From an uncultured bacterium (lineage in GTDB: Bacteria; Planctomycetota; UBA8108; UBA1146), in NCBI GenBank assembly GCA_938075155.1, contig CALJGL010000001.1:20181-84180 (forward strand): DNA of 64,000 nucleotides, written 5' to 3'. Below, one piece after another: positions 1 to 12,491 of the stretch; positions within the stretch are counted from its first letter, which is position 1, and the number at the start of each line of letters is the position of its first letter. The notes under the pieces were generated by a model. That model was not told the origin of the DNA. It did not search any database and saw nothing but the letters and a program-made list of their open reading frames with translations. A program made the position numbers and the translations under genes.

Positions 1-584
1 TCACCCTCGACCACATGAGCGCCGAGACTCTCTTCATCGAACGAGTGTTGTTTCATCGTCAACAGATCGATGACTCCCTTAAACTCCGCTTCTTGCCCCA
101 CCGGAATATTGAGAGGGAGTGTATCGACAGAGAAACTCTTGCTTACATTTTCTGCGACACGAAAAAAATCTGCGCCGACACGGTCGAGTTTATTGATGAA
201 TGCGATGCGAGGAACATTGTATCGATCTGCTTGGCGCCAAACGGTTTCAGACTGGGCCTGAACTCCAGCGACTCCACAAAAAACACCCACTGCTCCATCG
301 AGCACTCTCAATGCACGCTCAACTTCTGCAGTAAAATCTACGTGCCCTGGAGTGTCGATGAGATTGAGAACAGTGTCTGCCCAACGGAAACTTGTGGCAG
401 CACTGGTGATAGTGATGCCTCTTTCCTGCTCTTCAACGAGCCAGTCCATATGAGCACTGCCCTCATGAACTTCACCCATTCGATATTCTTTACCGGAGTA
501 GAATAAAAAACGTTCTGAGACCGTAGTTTTTCCAGCATCGATATGGGCAATGATGCCAATGTTCCTGGTCTTGTGGATAGACAA
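1..584 (-). CDS. fusA: Elongation factor G, N-terminal part; gene runs off the window start
   Basis: The reverse-strand translation reads ...[47 protein letters not shown]..., which contains the EF-G G1 motif AHIDAGKT. The probable start is a TTG at 584-582 with GGAG about 9 nt upstream, and an in-frame TAG lies immediately before it. The gene sits downstream of rpsL-rpsG as in the canonical str operon. The + strand ORF at 15-506 is antisense. Confidence 0.8.
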   Translation of the reverse strand, partial: MSIHKTRNIGIIAHIDAGKTTVSERFLFYSGKEYRMGEVHEGSAHMDWLVEEQERGITITSAATSFRWADTVLNLIDTPGHVDFTAEVERALRVLDGAVGVFCGVAGVQAQSETVWRQADRYNVPRIAFINKLDRVGADFFRVAENVSKSFSVDTLPLNIPVGQEAEFKGVIDLLTMKQHSFDEESLGAHVVEG

Positions 585-799
585 TGCTACTCCAGAAATC
601 TATGGGACAAGTTCGTCAGACACCGCGAACAACAAAGTGTCTCTGAATTGATTTTCGGTCAAGAACTTCTACTGCTCAAGTGAAGCCAAAGTAAGAGCGG
701 TATCACCCCCAGTAAAATCAAAATCCCCCGCACCCTAAAAAGGGAGCGGGGGACAAAAAACTCACTAAAGTCGCTGAGGCAATGCTCCTGAGTAGATTC

Positions 800-1297
800 C
801 TACCAGGCGTAGTGCGCGAACAGCTTGTTGGCTTCTGCCATTTTGTGGGTGTTTTCACGCCACGTAACAGATGCACCCTCTTTACGGTAAGCCTGGGACA
901 ACTCGTCAGCAAGACGCTCAGCCATAGGCTTTCCGCTTCTGCCTCGACAAGTTTCGATGATGGTTCTCACAGCCAATGCCTGAGCACGACGACGGGTCAC
1001 CTCGACGGGAACCTGATAGGTCGCTCCACCCACTCTTCGAGAACGAACCTCGACTTGGGGCATCACATTGTTGATCGAGGCCAAAAAGACATCGAGTGGC
1101 TCGGCATCGGAAACCTTTTTAGCCAGGAGATCCATGGCTTCATAAAAGATCCCACTGGCGATGGCTTTTTTGCCATCCCACATGAGCCTGTTGATGAACT
1201 TAGTCACCACCATACTGTTGAATCGTGGATCAGGCTTTTGGAACCGTTGTGTTGAACGGAACTTCTGCTTGACGACTTTATTCTTGCGCTTAGCCAA
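800..1297 (-). CDS. rpsG: 30S ribosomal protein S7
   Basis: The translation MAKRKNKVVKQKF...PDPRFNS...VTKFINRLMWDGKK is typical uS7, and the gene follows rpsL. Confidence 0.95.
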   Translation of the reverse strand: MAKRKNKVVKQKFRSTQRFQKPDPRFNSMVVTKFINRLMWDGKKAIASGIFYEAMDLLAKKVSDAEPLDVFLASINNVMPQVEVRSRRVGGATYQVPVEVTRRRAQALAVRTIIETCRGRSGKPMAERLADELSQAYRKEGASVTWRENTHKMAEANKLFAHYAW

Positions 1298-1311
1298 GAT
1301 TCGCTACCCCG

Positions 1312-1683
1312 CTACTTCTTCTTCTTCTTGCCATATTTTGAGCGACCCTGCTTGCGGTCATCCACACCAGAGCAATCTAAGGTTCCACGTACAACGTGAT
1401 ACCTTACTCCGGGGAGGTCACGCACACGTCCACCACGCACCAGCACGATGGAGTGTTCCTGAAGGTTATGGCCCTCACCACCGATGTAAGCTGTGATCTC
1501 TTTTCCGTTGGAAAGTCGCACTCTGGCCACTTTTCTCAACGCCGAGTTCGGCTTTTTCGGAGTCATGGTGTGAACCTTGAGGCAAACCCCACGACGCTGT
1601 GGACATGACTCCAGCACCGGAGATTTACTCTTCTTTAACTTGTCTTTGCGGCCCTTGCGGACCAACTGATTGATCGTCGGCAT
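1312..1683 (-). CDS. rpsL: 30S ribosomal protein S12, with an unusual C-terminal poly-Lys tail
   Basis: The translation [12 protein letters not shown]...[11 protein letters not shown]...[20 protein letters not shown] is canonical uS12. It ends ...KYGKKKKK, encoded by a CTT repeat at 1313-1330. Confidence 0.95.
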   Translation of the reverse strand: MPTINQLVRKGRKDKLKKSKSPVLESCPQRRGVCLKVHTMTPKKPNSALRKVARVRLSNGKEITAYIGGEGHNLQEHSIVLVRGGRVRDLPGVRYHVVRGTLDCSGVDDRKQGRSKYGKKKKK

Positions 1684-1794
1684 TCGTTCTCTTTCAGGGA
1701 TCTCGGCGAATCTCTCCGCCTCCCCTTCGATGTTTCTCGATGACTAAATCGATCGACTCACACTCTGGAGTTGTTCCAGGCATGGCCTGTCATA

Positions 1795-4700
1795 CTAACC
1801 CTCAGAATCTGTTTCGTCTTCCGAATTTGAACTTTCTGTTGGAGGAGACTCCTCCACACTCGGCTCACCACCTATCAAAAGATCAGGGTGAGGCTCTAGT
1901 TTCTCAACCTCAGGGGTGCTCTCGGAGTGTGTTTCAGGGGCAATACTGGTATTTCCTGCCTCTGAACTGTTCCCCATGAGGAACTCACGCAACGGATCAA
2001 CCGCCGAAGAATCTTCACCCAATTTTTCGGACACCGCATCTGATTTCGGAGGATCCCCGATCAGAACAGTTTCCAACTCGGGCTTCTTCGGCATCGGAGG
2101 CTCTCCCAAATGACGAACACCCTTGTCGAAGTAACTGCGATATCCAGTTCCAGCCGGAATCATGTGACCCATGATCACATTCTCCTTCAGGCCAACAAGA
2201 CGGTCCTTTTTGCCGCTCAATGCAGCTTCAGTCAGAACCTTGGTCGTCTCCTGGAAACTTGCAGCAGAGATGAAGCTGTCGGATTGAACAGCCGCCTTGG
2301 TTATTCCCTGAAGCATCGGCTCTGCAGTCGGAGGCATCATGCCCTCTTCGATCATACCTTCGATGATCCTTCTGAATCGGTGACGATCGATAACGGTATC
2401 GGGCAGCAAGTCGCTGTCTCCCGCTTCCTTGATCATCACGTTTCTCATCATTTGCGAAACAATGGTTTCGATGTGCTTGTCATTAATGGTCACGTTCTGA
2501 GAAAGGTAAACTCCTTGAACTTCTTCAATGAGATACCTTTGCACTTCTTCGGAACCTTCAACACGAAGGATGTCCTTCGGCACTTTGTCGCCGTCCGTCA
2601 GCGGTTGACCATGAACGACTTGATCACCCTTGGTCACACGGAAGTGCTTACCTGAAGGAATGACGTGCTCATGAACCTCGCCGGCTTCAGTAACAATGTT
2701 AATGATGGCCTTACCACGTTTCTTGTCTCCGAATTCAACAGAACCATCCACCTCGGCAATAACCGCGGGATTCTTAGGCTTCCGGACTTCGAAAATCTCA
2801 GTCACTCGAGGCAGTCCCCCGGTGATATCCTGAGTACCAGATGCTTCCCTAGGAGACTTGGCCAGCAAGTCACCCGGTGAAACTTTGTCTCCGTCTGCAA
2901 TCTGAATCATCGCTCTTTCTGGAACCGGATATGCGGCGACTGTCTCTTCAAACTTCGCATCGCTACAAATCCTGATTTGGGGCTGCATTTCACCTCTGTG
3001 ATCAGTGATGATGCGACGCTCCTGCCTCGAGACCGGATCGATTTCCACCCTGAGAGTTGCCCCCTCAACGATGTCTTCAAACTTTGCGTATCCCACAACG
3101 TCAGTGAGAATCGACTGAGAGTGAGGATCCCAATCGAAGAGAGCCGTTCCTTTACGAACAGACACCCCTTCTTTGACGTGAAGAATCGTACCGAGACTCA
3201 ACTCGTGACTCTCAAGATCCTTGCCGTCTTTGGTAATCGTGAGCAATCCACGTCGACTAATGACGACGTCGAGGCCTTCTTGATTGGTGACGTGGCTCAC
3301 TTCTTTGAGGACAATTTCACCACCGAATGAAGCCTTTACGGAAGATTCCTGAACAGATTTCGAGGCCACTCCACCAATGTGGAAGGTACGCATGGTGAGC
3401 TGGGTTCCCGGTTCACCAATCGACTGAGCCGCCACGATTCCGACAGCAAGGCCTTGTTCCACCAACTTTCCGCTGGAAAGGTCCATACCGTAACACTTGG
3501 CACAAACGCCCAGCGGGCTATCGCAAGTCAGAGGACTACGCACAAGAATGCGCTCGAATCCGATTTCATGGATACGTGCAGCAATCTGTGGAGTGATCAA
3601 ACCATTGACCTCAACGACCACTTCACCCGAAACAGGATCTTTGATCTCCGAAACGGAGGTTCTTCCCCGAATGCGTGCGGTCAGAGGAATCGCTTCCTTC
3701 TCTCCGCGCTTGAGTGCTTTCTTGGAAAGACCGTTACGAGTTCCGCAATCGGCCTCGTTGACGACAACATTTTGTGCAACGTCGGCAAGTTTACGAGTGA
3801 GATATCCGGAGTCCGCTGTTTTCAGTGCGGTATCCGCCAGACCTTTACGAGCACCGTGAGTCGAGGAGAAGTACTCCAGAACCTTGAGTCCCTCACGGAA
3901 GGAAGCCTTAATCGGTGTCTCGATGATCTCGCCAGAAGGCTTGGCCATGAGGCCACGCATTCCTGCAAGCTGTCGGATCTGGGTCACAGAACCACGAGCG
4001 CCGGACTCCACCATGACGAAGATCGGATTCACATACTCATCACCGGGACGAGTATCTTCCTTAAGGCGTTGCATCAACATGTCCCCAACCACATTGGTGG
4101 TTTGAGTCCATTTGTCGATGATCTGACTCTTTCTTTCGTCATTGGTGATGACACCATCTTGGTGTCTCTGCTGAATGGTATCGACCTGCCCCTGCGTTTT
4201 TGCGAGGACTTCAGGCTTGAGTTCGGGTGTCCGAAGGTCAGCAAGACTGAAGGAGAGACCCGATCGAGTTGCGGCCTTGAATCCCAGGTCCTTCATGTCA
4301 TCGAGGAACTTGAGAGTGGATCGACGGCCAAGGATACGGAAGCAATCCGCAATCACCGACTTCAGATCTTTCTTGGTCAAAGCGAAGTTGTAGAACGGCA
4401 TTTCTGGAGAGTCGAGAAGGTCATTAAAAATGATCCGACTTGGAGTAGTTCTGTAAAAACCATACTCATCGGGCTCTTCTGTTTTCCCGTGAGCCTTATA
4501 GACTTCCTTGCCTTCAGGAAGCCGGACTCTTGCAGTCGCATGTCCGTGAATCTTGCCCGCGCCCAAAGCAGTATGAACTTCTAGGGAGCTAGAGAAGACG
4601 ATGTCTCCTCCCTGCATCTCTTCCTTGGCCACCGTCAGGTAGTATATACCCATAACGATATCCTGTGAGGGAGCAATAATCGGGTTTCCATGCGCAGGAG

Positions 4701-6159
4701 AGAAGATGTTGTTCGTCGACAACATCAAGTTTTGGGCCTCAAGTTGAGCCTCGACAGAAAGCGGCAAATGGACAGCCATCTGGTCACCGTCGAAGTCGGC
4801 GTTGAAACCTTCGCATACGAGCGGGTGCACAAGAATCGCATTACCCTCGATGAGAACAGGTTCAAACGCCTGGATTCCCATTCGGTGCAAAGTAGGTGCA
4901 CGGTTCAGCATCACGGGGTGACCTTGAGTCACCTCTTCAAGAATGTCCCAAACCTCATCGTCTTTGCGCTCCAACATCTTCTTCGCACTCTTGATGGTGT
5001 CGGCATACCCGAGCTCTTTCAATCGACGAATGATGAAGGGTTGGAACAATTCGAGAGCGATCTTCTTGGGAAGACCACACTGGTGCAACTTCAACTCGGG
5101 ACCCACAGCGATCACAGATCGAGCAGAATAATCCACGCGCTTTCCGAGAAGGTTCTCGCGGAAACGGCCCTGCTTACCCTTGATCATATCCGTCAAAGAT
5201 TTAAGAGGGCGATTATTGGATCCCAAGACAGGACGACGACATCTGTTGTTATCGAACAGAGCATCGACTGAATGCTGAAGCATTCTTTTTTCGTTACGAA
5301 TGATGACTTCCGGCGCATTGAGATCGAGCAACTTCTTCAAACGGTTGTTGCGGTTGATCAATCGACGGTAGAGATCATTGAGGTCACTCGTTGCGAAGTT
5401 ACCACTCTCCAGCAATACGAGAGGACGCAAATCAGGTGGAATGACTGGAACAGCTTCCAAGATCATCCACTCGGCTTTGTTTCCGGATTCCATAACCGTA
5501 CGAATGATCCCAAGCCTCCTGATGAGGCTCGCCTTCTTTTGCTTCGATCGAGTCGTATCGTACTCTTCCTTCAACTCCTCAAAGAGAGAAGGAAGATCGA
5601 GGTTACGGATCATGGTGCGAATCGCCTCGGCGCCCATATCCGCCTCGAACTCGTCACCGTATTTCTCACGAGCGAAGCGATACTCTTCCTCATTGAGAAG
5701 TGCTTTCTCTTTGAGCGGAGTATCACCCGGATCGATCACCAGGTAATCCTGGTAATAAATCACTCTTTCGAGATGGGTGGTCTTCATGTCGAGAAGATTT
5801 CCCAGTCTCGAAGGCATCGCCTTGAAGAACCAAATGTGAACCACAGGAGCAGCAAGGTTAATGTGGCCCATTCTTTCGCGACGCACGCGAGAATGAGCAA
5901 CCTTGACGCCACAACGATCACAAATAATGTCTTTGTGCTTAATTCCTTTGTACTTCCCGCAGGCGCATTCCCAGTCCTTTTCAGGACCAAAAATTCGCTC
6001 GCAGAAAAGGCCATCTTTCTCAGGACGGTATGTCCGGTAGTTGATGGTCTCAGGCTTTCGGACCTCTCCGTGTGACCACGAGAGGATGTCCGTTGGCGAA
6101 GCCAGTCTAATGTTGACTGCGCCGTAATCGTTTACCTTGTCGTATACAGGCTCGATCAT
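1795..6159 (-). CDS. rpoC: DNA-directed RNA polymerase subunit beta', carrying a C-terminal acidic Ser/Glu/Pro-rich tail
   Basis: The 1454-aa product contains the zinc-binding CERIFGP...CACGKY motif and the catalytic [12 protein letters not shown] motif. The last ~110 aa ([12 protein letters not shown]...[11 protein letters not shown]) are low-complexity and acidic. Confidence 0.97.
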   Translation of the reverse strand: MIEPVYDKVNDYGAVNIRLASPTDILSWSHGEVRKPETINYRTYRPEKDGLFCERIFGPEKDWECACGKYKGIKHKDIICDRCGVKVAHSRVRRERMGHINLAAPVVHIWFFKAMPSRLGNLLDMKTTHLERVIYYQDYLVIDPGDTPLKEKALLNEEEYRFAREKYGDEFEADMGAEAIRTMIRNLDLPSLFEELKEEYDTTRSKQKKASLIRRLGIIRTVMESGNKAEWMILEAVPVIPPDLRPLVLLESGNFATSDLNDLYRRLINRNNRLKKLLDLNAPEVIIRNEKRMLQHSVDALFDNNRCRRPVLGSNNRPLKSLTDMIKGKQGRFRENLLGKRVDYSARSVIAVGPELKLHQCGLPKKIALELFQPFIIRRLKELGYADTIKSAKKMLERKDDEVWDILEEVTQGHPVMLNRAPTLHRMGIQAFEPVLIEGNAILVHPLVCEGFNADFDGDQMAVHLPLSVEAQLEAQNLMLSTNNIFSPAHGNPIIAPSQDIVMGIYYLTVAKEEMQGGDIVFSSSLEVHTALGAGKIHGHATARVRLPEGKEVYKAHGKTEEPDEYGFYRTTPSRIIFNDLLDSPEMPFYNFALTKKDLKSVIADCFRILGRRSTLKFLDDMKDLGFKAATRSGLSFSLADLRTPELKPEVLAKTQGQVDTIQQRHQDGVITNDERKSQIIDKWTQTTNVVGDMLMQRLKEDTRPGDEYVNPIFVMVESGARGSVTQIRQLAGMRGLMAKPSGEIIETPIKASFREGLKVLEYFSSTHGARKGLADTALKTADSGYLTRKLADVAQNVVVNEADCGTRNGLSKKALKRGEKEAIPLTARIRGRTSVSEIKDPVSGEVVVEVNGLITPQIAARIHEIGFERILVRSPLTCDSPLGVCAKCYGMDLSSGKLVEQGLAVGIVAAQSIGEPGTQLTMRTFHIGGVASKSVQESSVKASFGGEIVLKEVSHVTNQEGLDVVISRRGLLTITKDGKDLESHELSLGTILHVKEGVSVRKGTALFDWDPHSQSILTDVVGYAKFEDIVEGATLRVEIDPVSRQERRIITDHRGEMQPQIRICSDAKFEETVAAYPVPERAMIQIADGDKVSPGDLLAKSPREASGTQDITGGLPRVTEIFEVRKPKNPAVIAEVDGSVEFGDKKRGKAIINIVTEAGEVHEHVIPSGKHFRVTKGDQVVHGQPLTDGDKVPKDILRVEGSEEVQRYLIEEVQGVYLSQNVTINDKHIETIVSQMMRNVMIKEAGDSDLLPDTVIDRHRFRRIIEGMIEEGMMPPTAEPMLQGITKAAVQSDSFISAASFQETTKVLTEAALSGKKDRLVGLKENVIMGHMIPAGTGYRSYFDKGVRHLGEPPMPKKPELETVLIGDPPKSDAVSEKLGEDSSAVDPLREFLMGNSSEAGNTSIAPETHSESTPEVEKLEPHPDLLIGGEPSVEESPPTESSNSEDETDSEG

Positions 6160-6163
6160 CTTC

Positions 6164-9100
6164 TCACTTCTTTTCCAGTTCGAGGTTCAAACCCAGGCCC
6201 TTGATCTCGTTAGTGAGCACGTCAAACGAAACGGGAGTTCCCGCCTGTAGACTGTTCTCACCCTTGACCATTGATTCGTAGATTTTAGCGCGGCCGTCGA
6301 CGTCGTCAGACTTCGCCGTCAGCAACTCTTGCAAGATGTGTGCAGCTCCGTAGGCTTCCAGGGCCCACACTTCCATCTCTCCGAATCTCTGTCCTCCGAA
6401 CCTTGCCTTTCCTCCCAGCGGCTGTTGCGTAATGAGAGAGTAAGGCCCTGTGGCTCGGGCATGAATTTTGTCGTCGACAAGGTGATGGAGTTTCAGCAAA
6501 TACATGCGACCCACCGTCACCTTTTGTTCAAATCTTTCGCCCGTTCGCCCATCATAGAGCACGGATTTTCCATCATCGGTCAAGCCAGCAGAGGTCAACT
6601 CCGTACGAATTTCAGCTTCGGTGGCTCCGTCGAAGACGGGTGTCACTGCGCGATATCCAAGTTTGTCGGCAGCCCAACCCAATTGGGTTTCAAGAATCTG
6701 ACCAAGGTTCATTCGTGAAGGCACGCCCAGCGGGTTAAGGATCACCTCAACCATTTGGCCATCTTCAAGGAACGGAAGATCTTGGAGCGGAAGAATACGA
6801 GAGATAACTCCCTTGTTTCCGTGACGCCCAGCCATCTTGTCTCCCACTGAGAGATTCCTCTTAGTGGCGACCCAGACCTTGACCATTTCGATAACTCCGG
6901 GGGCTAACTCGTCACCGCGGGTCAAACGATTGACTTCGCGGTTACGGGAATCCTCAACCTCTTCCATCGTCTGGAAACGCTTGAAGAGGGAGTTCTTGAT
7001 CAACTGATTATTCTTTTCAGAAGAGCCCAAGAACAAGTCCAACTTAAGAGCCATTTTCGCAGCGTGAACACTGCGCGTCATGAAGAGCTCTTCAGCCTTG
7101 AAGACTTGGCCATTCTCACTTCTTGGGGAGGATCCGGTGACTTCCTTGATCTCACTCAGCAAGGTTTCCAATTCGAAGAGAATTTTCTCCTGGCTGGTGC
7201 TCTCAAGCTCCTCCATCTTGGTGCGCATCGATTTGCGTTCCTCAGGAGTGATCTCATTCTTTCTCGAGAACTTTTTGGATCCGATGACCACGCCTTTAAT
7301 CCCAGAACCCACAGTCAAGGACTCGTTCTTCACGTCCTCGCCCGCACGACCAAAGATGGCATGGAGCAACTTCTCCTCAGGAGAAAGCTCACTCTTTGAC
7401 TTCGGTACTACTTTGCCGACAAGGATATCACCCTGCACAACTTGGGTTCCCGTTTTAATGATTCCCTGTTCGTCAAGTTTGAAAAGAACTCGCTCTGAAA
7501 CGTTCGGAATATCACGAGTAAATTCTTCGCGACCCAATTTGGTTTCACGCACTTCGATTTCGAACTCGTCGATATGAATTGAAGTGTAGACGTCTTCACG
7601 AACAAGCTCTTCACTAACGATGATGGCATCCTCGAAGTTGTATCCGTCCCAGGACATAAACGCGACAAGCACGTTTCTACCCAGTGACAAGACACCATTT
7701 TCGGTGGCCGCACCATCAGCGATGACGTCACCTTTTTCGACTTGTTGATCGAGGACGACGCAAGGTCTCTGGTTTTGGCATGTTCTCTCATTGAGACCAC
7801 GGTACTTGCGCAACTCAAGGCGCTCGCCATCGATCTCAACATGGCCGGCATCGACGCTGGTCACTGTGCCAGTAGCCGGAGAACGGAGAACCATTCCCGA
7901 GTACTTAGAGACGTGCTCTTCCATCCCGGTACCCACCAGAGGCGGATCCGTGATCAAAAGAGGTACAGCCTGACGCATCATGTTTGATCCCATGAGTGCA
8001 CGGTTAGCGTCGTCATGCTCGAGGAACGGTATCAATGCCGCTGAAACACCGATCAACTGCTTGGACGAGACGTCCATCAGCTCAATCTTATCGGGGTCCA
8101 CCATAATGAATTCGCCGTTGTAACGGGCCAGTACCAGATCACCGATCAACTCGCCATCTTGACCCACCGGAGAGTCGGCAGGAGTAAGATATTTGTTTTC
8201 TTCCTCGTCAGCTCGGAGAAATTGAATCGAGTCTTTCTCGAGATTCACTTTACCGTTTTTAACTTGGAAGTATGGAGTGATCAGGAATCCATATTTATCG
8301 ATGGTCGCGAAGACACTGAGACTGGAAATCAGTCCAATGTTGGTTCCTTCGGGCGTCTCAATCGGACAAATTCGACCGTAGTGTGAAATATGAACATCTC
8401 GAACCTCGAAACCGGCTCGCTTCCTGTTCAATCCACCGGGACCCAATGCACTCAATCGACGCTCGTGGGTCAACTGCGAGAGTGGATTGGTTTGGTCCAC
8501 CACCTGTGAAAGTTCACCTCTTCCGAAGAAGAACTCTACGGCACTGGAAATGGTCTTGGAGTTGATGACGGCACGAGGGGTCAGATTCTCCGGCTCCATC
8601 ATGCTCATACGCTCCTGCACGGTGCGCTTCAGCTTGAGGAATCCTTTACGGAGTTCATCTCCTGCGAGTTCCTCGATGGTACGAACTCTTCTGTTACCCA
8701 AATGGTCGATATCGTCGAGTTGTCCTTTGCGATCCCTCAACTTGAATATGTAAGAGATCGACTCCAGGATGTCTTCCTTCTGAATCGTTTGCAGTGACTC
8801 TTGAATGTCGAGCCCGAACTTACGATTGATACGGAAGCGTCCCACTTTTCCAAGTCTGTACTTGGCATCATTCTTAAACTTGTCGAAGAAAAGCTCCCGG
8901 GCCTTTGCGACCTGAGGAGGATTACCAGGACGAAGTCTTGTGTAAATCTTGATGAGTGCATCTTCGTGGTCGATGGAGTTATCTTCACGAATCGTCTTCA
9001 GGAATAGATCATCAAATTCCTCAGGAAGAACCTTAAAGCTGGATTTCCCACCACGTTTCGCGCTCATGTCTTCGGAGAAGAAACTGTTCAGGAATGTTTC

Positions 9101-9928
9101 CGTGAACACGTCTCCGGTGTGCAACAGAACCTCTCCGGTTTCAGCATCGAGGACATCCTCAGCACTGACACGCCCGGTTCTGACACCCTCCACCTCTTCA
9201 CCGATCAACTTATCAACATCCTTGACCGATTTTGCTTTCACTGTTTCCAGATCATAGAACTGTGAAAGAAGTGCGGTGGATGTTCCAAACTCTTCCTCCA
9301 TGGCTCTCAGCAACATGGAAGCAGGGAATTTTCCACTCTGGTCAATTCTGACAGAGAGAGCACCCTTTTTGGTGACATTGAATTCAACCCAAGATCCACG
9401 CTCGGGAATGATTCGGCAGGAGTGCAATTTGACCTCACCCGTGTGGATTTCGGCACTGAAATCGACTCCAGGAGATCTATGCAACTGGCTGACGATGACT
9501 CGCTCTGATCCGTTGACGATGAATTCACCGCCGCCGATCATCAGAGGAATCTCTCCTAGGTACACTTCTTCCTCAAGAGTCTCTCCGCCTTCTTTAACAA
9601 GCTGGAGACGAATCTTAAAAGGTGCACCGTACGTCAACTTGAGTTGGCGACACTCATCAACGGTGTAACGGGGACTTCCCAGATCGTACCCTAGGTACGT
9701 CAGGTTGATGGAACCGTCGTAACTCTCGATGGGAAAGATCTCCCTGAGAATCGACTCAAGTCCAATGTTGTCCCGGTCTGCCCAATGGACATCCCGTTGT
9801 AAAAACTGGGAGTATGCATTGATTTGCAACTCCATCAGATTAGGAATCTGAACTGCTCGGAGACCACTGCCAAATACTTTGACTGGTCTCTTTCCACGGT
9901 CCACTGACGCCGAGAAATCTGACGACAT
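6164..9928 (-). CDS. rpoB: DNA-directed RNA polymerase subunit beta
   Basis: The 1254-aa product contains conserved RpoB blocks ([12 protein letters not shown], ...[26 protein letters not shown]). It lies immediately upstream of rpoC with a 4-nt gap. Confidence 0.97.
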   Translation of the reverse strand: MSSDFSASVDRGKRPVKVFGSGLRAVQIPNLMELQINAYSQFLQRDVHWADRDNIGLESILREIFPIESYDGSINLTYLGYDLGSPRYTVDECRQLKLTYGAPFKIRLQLVKEGGETLEEEVYLGEIPLMIGGGEFIVNGSERVIVSQLHRSPGVDFSAEIHTGEVKLHSCRIIPERGSWVEFNVTKKGALSVRIDQSGKFPASMLLRAMEEEFGTSTALLSQFYDLETVKAKSVKDVDKLIGEEVEGVRTGRVSAEDVLDAETGEVLLHTGDVFTETFLNSFFSEDMSAKRGGKSSFKVLPEEFDDLFLKTIREDNSIDHEDALIKIYTRLRPGNPPQVAKARELFFDKFKNDAKYRLGKVGRFRINRKFGLDIQESLQTIQKEDILESISYIFKLRDRKGQLDDIDHLGNRRVRTIEELAGDELRKGFLKLKRTVQERMSMMEPENLTPRAVINSKTISSAVEFFFGRGELSQVVDQTNPLSQLTHERRLSALGPGGLNRKRAGFEVRDVHISHYGRICPIETPEGTNIGLISSLSVFATIDKYGFLITPYFQVKNGKVNLEKDSIQFLRADEEENKYLTPADSPVGQDGELIGDLVLARYNGEFIMVDPDKIELMDVSSKQLIGVSAALIPFLEHDDANRALMGSNMMRQAVPLLITDPPLVGTGMEEHVSKYSGMVLRSPATGTVTSVDAGHVEIDGERLELRKYRGLNERTCQNQRPCVVLDQQVEKGDVIADGAATENGVLSLGRNVLVAFMSWDGYNFEDAIIVSEELVREDVYTSIHIDEFEIEVRETKLGREEFTRDIPNVSERVLFKLDEQGIIKTGTQVVQGDILVGKVVPKSKSELSPEEKLLHAIFGRAGEDVKNESLTVGSGIKGVVIGSKKFSRKNEITPEERKSMRTKMEELESTSQEKILFELETLLSEIKEVTGSSPRSENGQVFKAEELFMTRSVHAAKMALKLDLFLGSSEKNNQLIKNSLFKRFQTMEEVEDSRNREVNRLTRGDELAPGVIEMVKVWVATKRNLSVGDKMAGRHGNKGVISRILPLQDLPFLEDGQMVEVILNPLGVPSRMNLGQILETQLGWAADKLGYRAVTPVFDGATEAEIRTELTSAGLTDDGKSVLYDGRTGERFEQKVTVGRMYLLKLHHLVDDKIHARATGPYSLITQQPLGGKARFGGQRFGEMEVWALEAYGAAHILQELLTAKSDDVDGRAKIYESMVKGENSLQAGTPVSFDVLTNEIKGLGLNLELEKK

Positions 9929-10317
9929 GGATACCTGCTTTCTTCATAGGCGAAGCAGCACACAGAGCAATTGGCTTCTGTGACCTTCAACCCATGAGTC
10001 CCACATGACCGAGAAAGCGACCCAGCATTTCTCGATCAGCAACCTTCATGACGGAAACTATGTGTTTCCGAGCGAGATGGACTACTTGGACAACCCGTTG
10101 ACGGCTGCCCGGGACCTCTCAAGATCCTTCCAGACCCGGACTCCCTCCGGGACCTACCACTGGATCTTGAGTCCCGGGGAGGCATCCCTCGCAAGGATGC
10201 TCCCCAGCTCATATTCACACCAAGGATCCCTACTCGACCAATAAACGCCGATATCCCATGAAGGAAACCTTCATGGGCGACGCAGAGTCGAGTTTCAAAT
10301 CACTCAGTGCTCAAGCA

Positions 10318-10740
10318 CTACTTGATTTCGACCGATGCACCGGCTTCTTCAAGCTCGGCCTTTAACTTCTCGGCCTCATCTTTAGGAATGCCCTCTTTGA
10401 CCGCTTTCGGCGCAGACTCAACAAGCTCTTTGGCTTCTTTAAGTCCTAATCCGGTGATGGAACGGACAGCTTTGATCACAGGGACCTTTTTACCGCCGTC
10501 GCCGGTGAGAACGACATCAAAGTCGGTCTTCTCCTCGGCTGCACCACCGTCACCGCCGCCAGCAGCCATCATGGGCATACCCATAGGCATGGCAGACGCG
10601 CTGACGCCAAACTCGTCCTCAAGGACATCCTTTAATTCGACAAGCTCCATGACACTCAGGCCCTTGATGCTTTCCATGATGGCGCCAACCTTTTCGCTAG
10701 GTGGTGCCTTTTCAGTCTCGGTTGCAGCTTCATCCGACAT
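10318..10740 (-). CDS. rplL: 50S ribosomal protein L7/L12
   Basis: The C-terminal domain ...[56 protein letters not shown] is canonical bL12. The hinge is unusually Met/Gly-rich ([18 protein letters not shown]). Confidence 0.95.
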   Translation of the reverse strand: MSDEAATETEKAPPSEKVGAIMESIKGLSVMELVELKDVLEDEFGVSASAMPMGMPMMAAGGGDGGAAEEKTDFDVVLTGDGGKKVPVIKAVRSITGLGLKEAKELVESAPKAVKEGIPKDEAEKLKAELEEAGASVEIK

Positions 10741-10745
10741 GTCAG

Positions 10746-11276
10746 CTACTCCCCTTCTTCTTTTCTCTTGTCAGCGATTGCCTGCACAACACCGGGAATT
10801 CCAGTGAGCAGATTCTGAGTAATGGCGACCAGGCCAGTCAGCGGTCCGGCAATCGCGGAAACGACCGCTGCCTGCGTTTCCTGAACGCTTGGCATCTTTG
10901 TTAATTTTTCAGCATCATCGGGGCCGAGAACAGAGCCTTCAAGGACTCCGCCCTTGATCAGCAACTTTTTCCCGAACTCCTTTCGCATGCCAGCCACTGC
11001 TTTACTCGCAGTGATCGCATCCGATTCACCATTGATCAGAGCCAACGGCCCCGAAAAAGTGGCATCTGGGAACTCTGTGCCACGTTCGATCAAGACTCTC
11101 CTAAGAAGGGAGTTCTTGACGACGTTCACACTGAGACCTGCTTCTCTCAGTTTCGTACGTGCTCCAAAGTCTTCCGAGGAATTTAACCCCGAGAAATCTA
11201 CGAGGAGCAAGTCTTCGGAATCTTTGAGGTGCGTGGACAACTGCTTCGTTATCATCACCTTCAGTCTGCGGGCCAT
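10746..11276 (-). CDS. rplJ: 50S ribosomal protein L10
   Basis: The product is 176 aa, sits directly upstream of rplL (5-nt gap), and has uL10-like composition and position. Confidence 0.9.
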   Translation of the reverse strand: MARRLKVMITKQLSTHLKDSEDLLLVDFSGLNSSEDFGARTKLREAGLSVNVVKNSLLRRVLIERGTEFPDATFSGPLALINGESDAITASKAVAGMRKEFGKKLLIKGGVLEGSVLGPDDAEKLTKMPSVQETQAAVVSAIAGPLTGLVAITQNLLTGIPGVVQAIADKRKEEGE

Positions 11277-11303
11277 GGAGCCCCCTTTCCAGCTTACCTG
11301 CTC

Positions 11304-11990
11304 CTACTGCGCCAACTGAATCGCCACTGAGGGCGACATGGTTGACTTGATAAATACTTTTTTCATGTAGATCCCTTTGATCGTATTCGGGCGTAATCTC
11401 TCAAGGTGAGAAACGAACGCTTGAACATTTTCGACCAACTGGTTCTCACCAAAACTTCGTCGCCCCACAGGTGCATGGACGATGCCGCCGGCGTCGTTGC
11501 GGAATTCAATCTTTCCTGCAACGAACTCTTTCACAGCGGTCAAGACGTCAGTGGTCACGGTTCCGGATTTGGGCGTCGGCATCTTGCCTTGCGGTCCCAA
11601 AACCTTACCGAGCTTTCCGACAAATCTCATCATTGAAGGGTGCGCGATGGCGACATCGAAGTCGAACCAACCGCCAGCAACTTTCGCTGCAAGTTCTTCG
11701 CCACCAACCTCAATAGCTCCAGCGGCTTTGGCTTCATCGGCAGCGGGTCCATCGACAAATGCGATCACCCGAACTTCTTTTCCGATTCCGTGAGGAAGGG
11801 AAAATGCTCCGCGAATATTTTGCGTGCCCTGACGAGGATCGATTCCGAGACGAACTGCCACTTCAACAGTCTCGTCAAACTTGGCAGCCTGAAAACCCAT
11901 GACGGTTTTCACGGCTTCTGCCAAAGGAAGTTCCTCATGCCTATTTGTTTTCCCCTTGTTGGAGGAGTGTCTTTTACTGGTTCTTGGCAT
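11304..11990 (-). CDS. rplA: 50S ribosomal protein L1
   Basis: The translation ...KFDETVEVAVRLGIDPRQ...IRGAFSLPHGIGK..VRVIAF... matches uL1 motifs, and its start overlaps the rplK stop. Confidence 0.95.
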   Translation of the reverse strand: MPRTSKRHSSNKGKTNRHEELPLAEAVKTVMGFQAAKFDETVEVAVRLGIDPRQGTQNIRGAFSLPHGIGKEVRVIAFVDGPAADEAKAAGAIEVGGEELAAKVAGGWFDFDVAIAHPSMMRFVGKLGKVLGPQGKMPTPKSGTVTTDVLTAVKEFVAGKIEFRNDAGGIVHAPVGRRSFGENQLVENVQAFVSHLERLRPNTIKGIYMKKVFIKSTMSPSVAIQLAQ

Positions 11991-12415
11991 CAGTCCCCCA
12001 CCTCTATGCCCATACTTCGGGCAGTTCCAGCAATCATCAGCATCGCTGCTTCGATCGTGGACGCATTGAGGTCATTCATTTTTGTTTCTGCGATCTCTTT
12101 GATTTGATCATTAGAGATCTTTGCCACGACCTCGTGCCCTGGATCATTCGCAGCCTTTTCAAGACCGACGGCTTTCTTGATCAGCACAGCAGCAGGTGGG
12201 GATTTAAATGCCAGATCAAAAGTACGATCTGAGTAAACGGTGATCACTACTGGAATAACAAGTCCTTGTTGACTTGCCGTCTCAGCGTTAAATCGCTGTA
12301 CGAACTCTCCAATATTGACGCCATGTTGACCCAGTGCCGGACCTACGGGAGGAGCTGGTGTAGCCTTCCCGCCGGGTACCTGCAATTTGATCAGACCGGT
12401 AGTTTCTTTTGCCAT
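11990..12415 (-). CDS. rplK: 50S ribosomal protein L11
   Basis: The translation [38 protein letters not shown] is the canonical uL11 N-terminus. Confidence 0.95.
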   Translation of the reverse strand: MAKETTGLIKLQVPGGKATPAPPVGPALGQHGVNIGEFVQRFNAETASQQGLVIPVVITVYSDRTFDLAFKSPPAAVLIKKAVGLEKAANDPGHEVVAKISNDQIKEIAETKMNDLNASTIEAAMLMIAGTARSMGIEVGD

Positions 12416-12491
12416 GATCTCTGCCTATTCCTGCGGTCAACGAATGGAGCTTAAACTCCACCCTCCCGCTGGGATCTCGATAAAATCGAGA

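Noticed and set aside
15-506. 163-aa + strand ORF at the window start
   Set aside because: It is antisense to fusA. The reverse strand encodes the unmistakable EF-G G-domain ([13 protein letters not shown]...).
3379-4584. 401-aa + strand ORF, and other + strand ORFs (2110-2655, 4690-5271, 5272-6075, 7080-7577 and others) inside rpoC/rpoB
   Set aside because: They are antisense frames within the highly conserved minus-strand rpoB/rpoC genes. They have no RBS context and no recognisable motifs.
10005-10244. 79-aa + strand and 60-aa minus-strand ORFs in the rplL-rpoB spacer
   Set aside because: The ~390-nt rplL-rpoB intergenic region is the classical attenuator/leader and is expected to be non-coding. 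The ORFs have no RBS or conservation cues.
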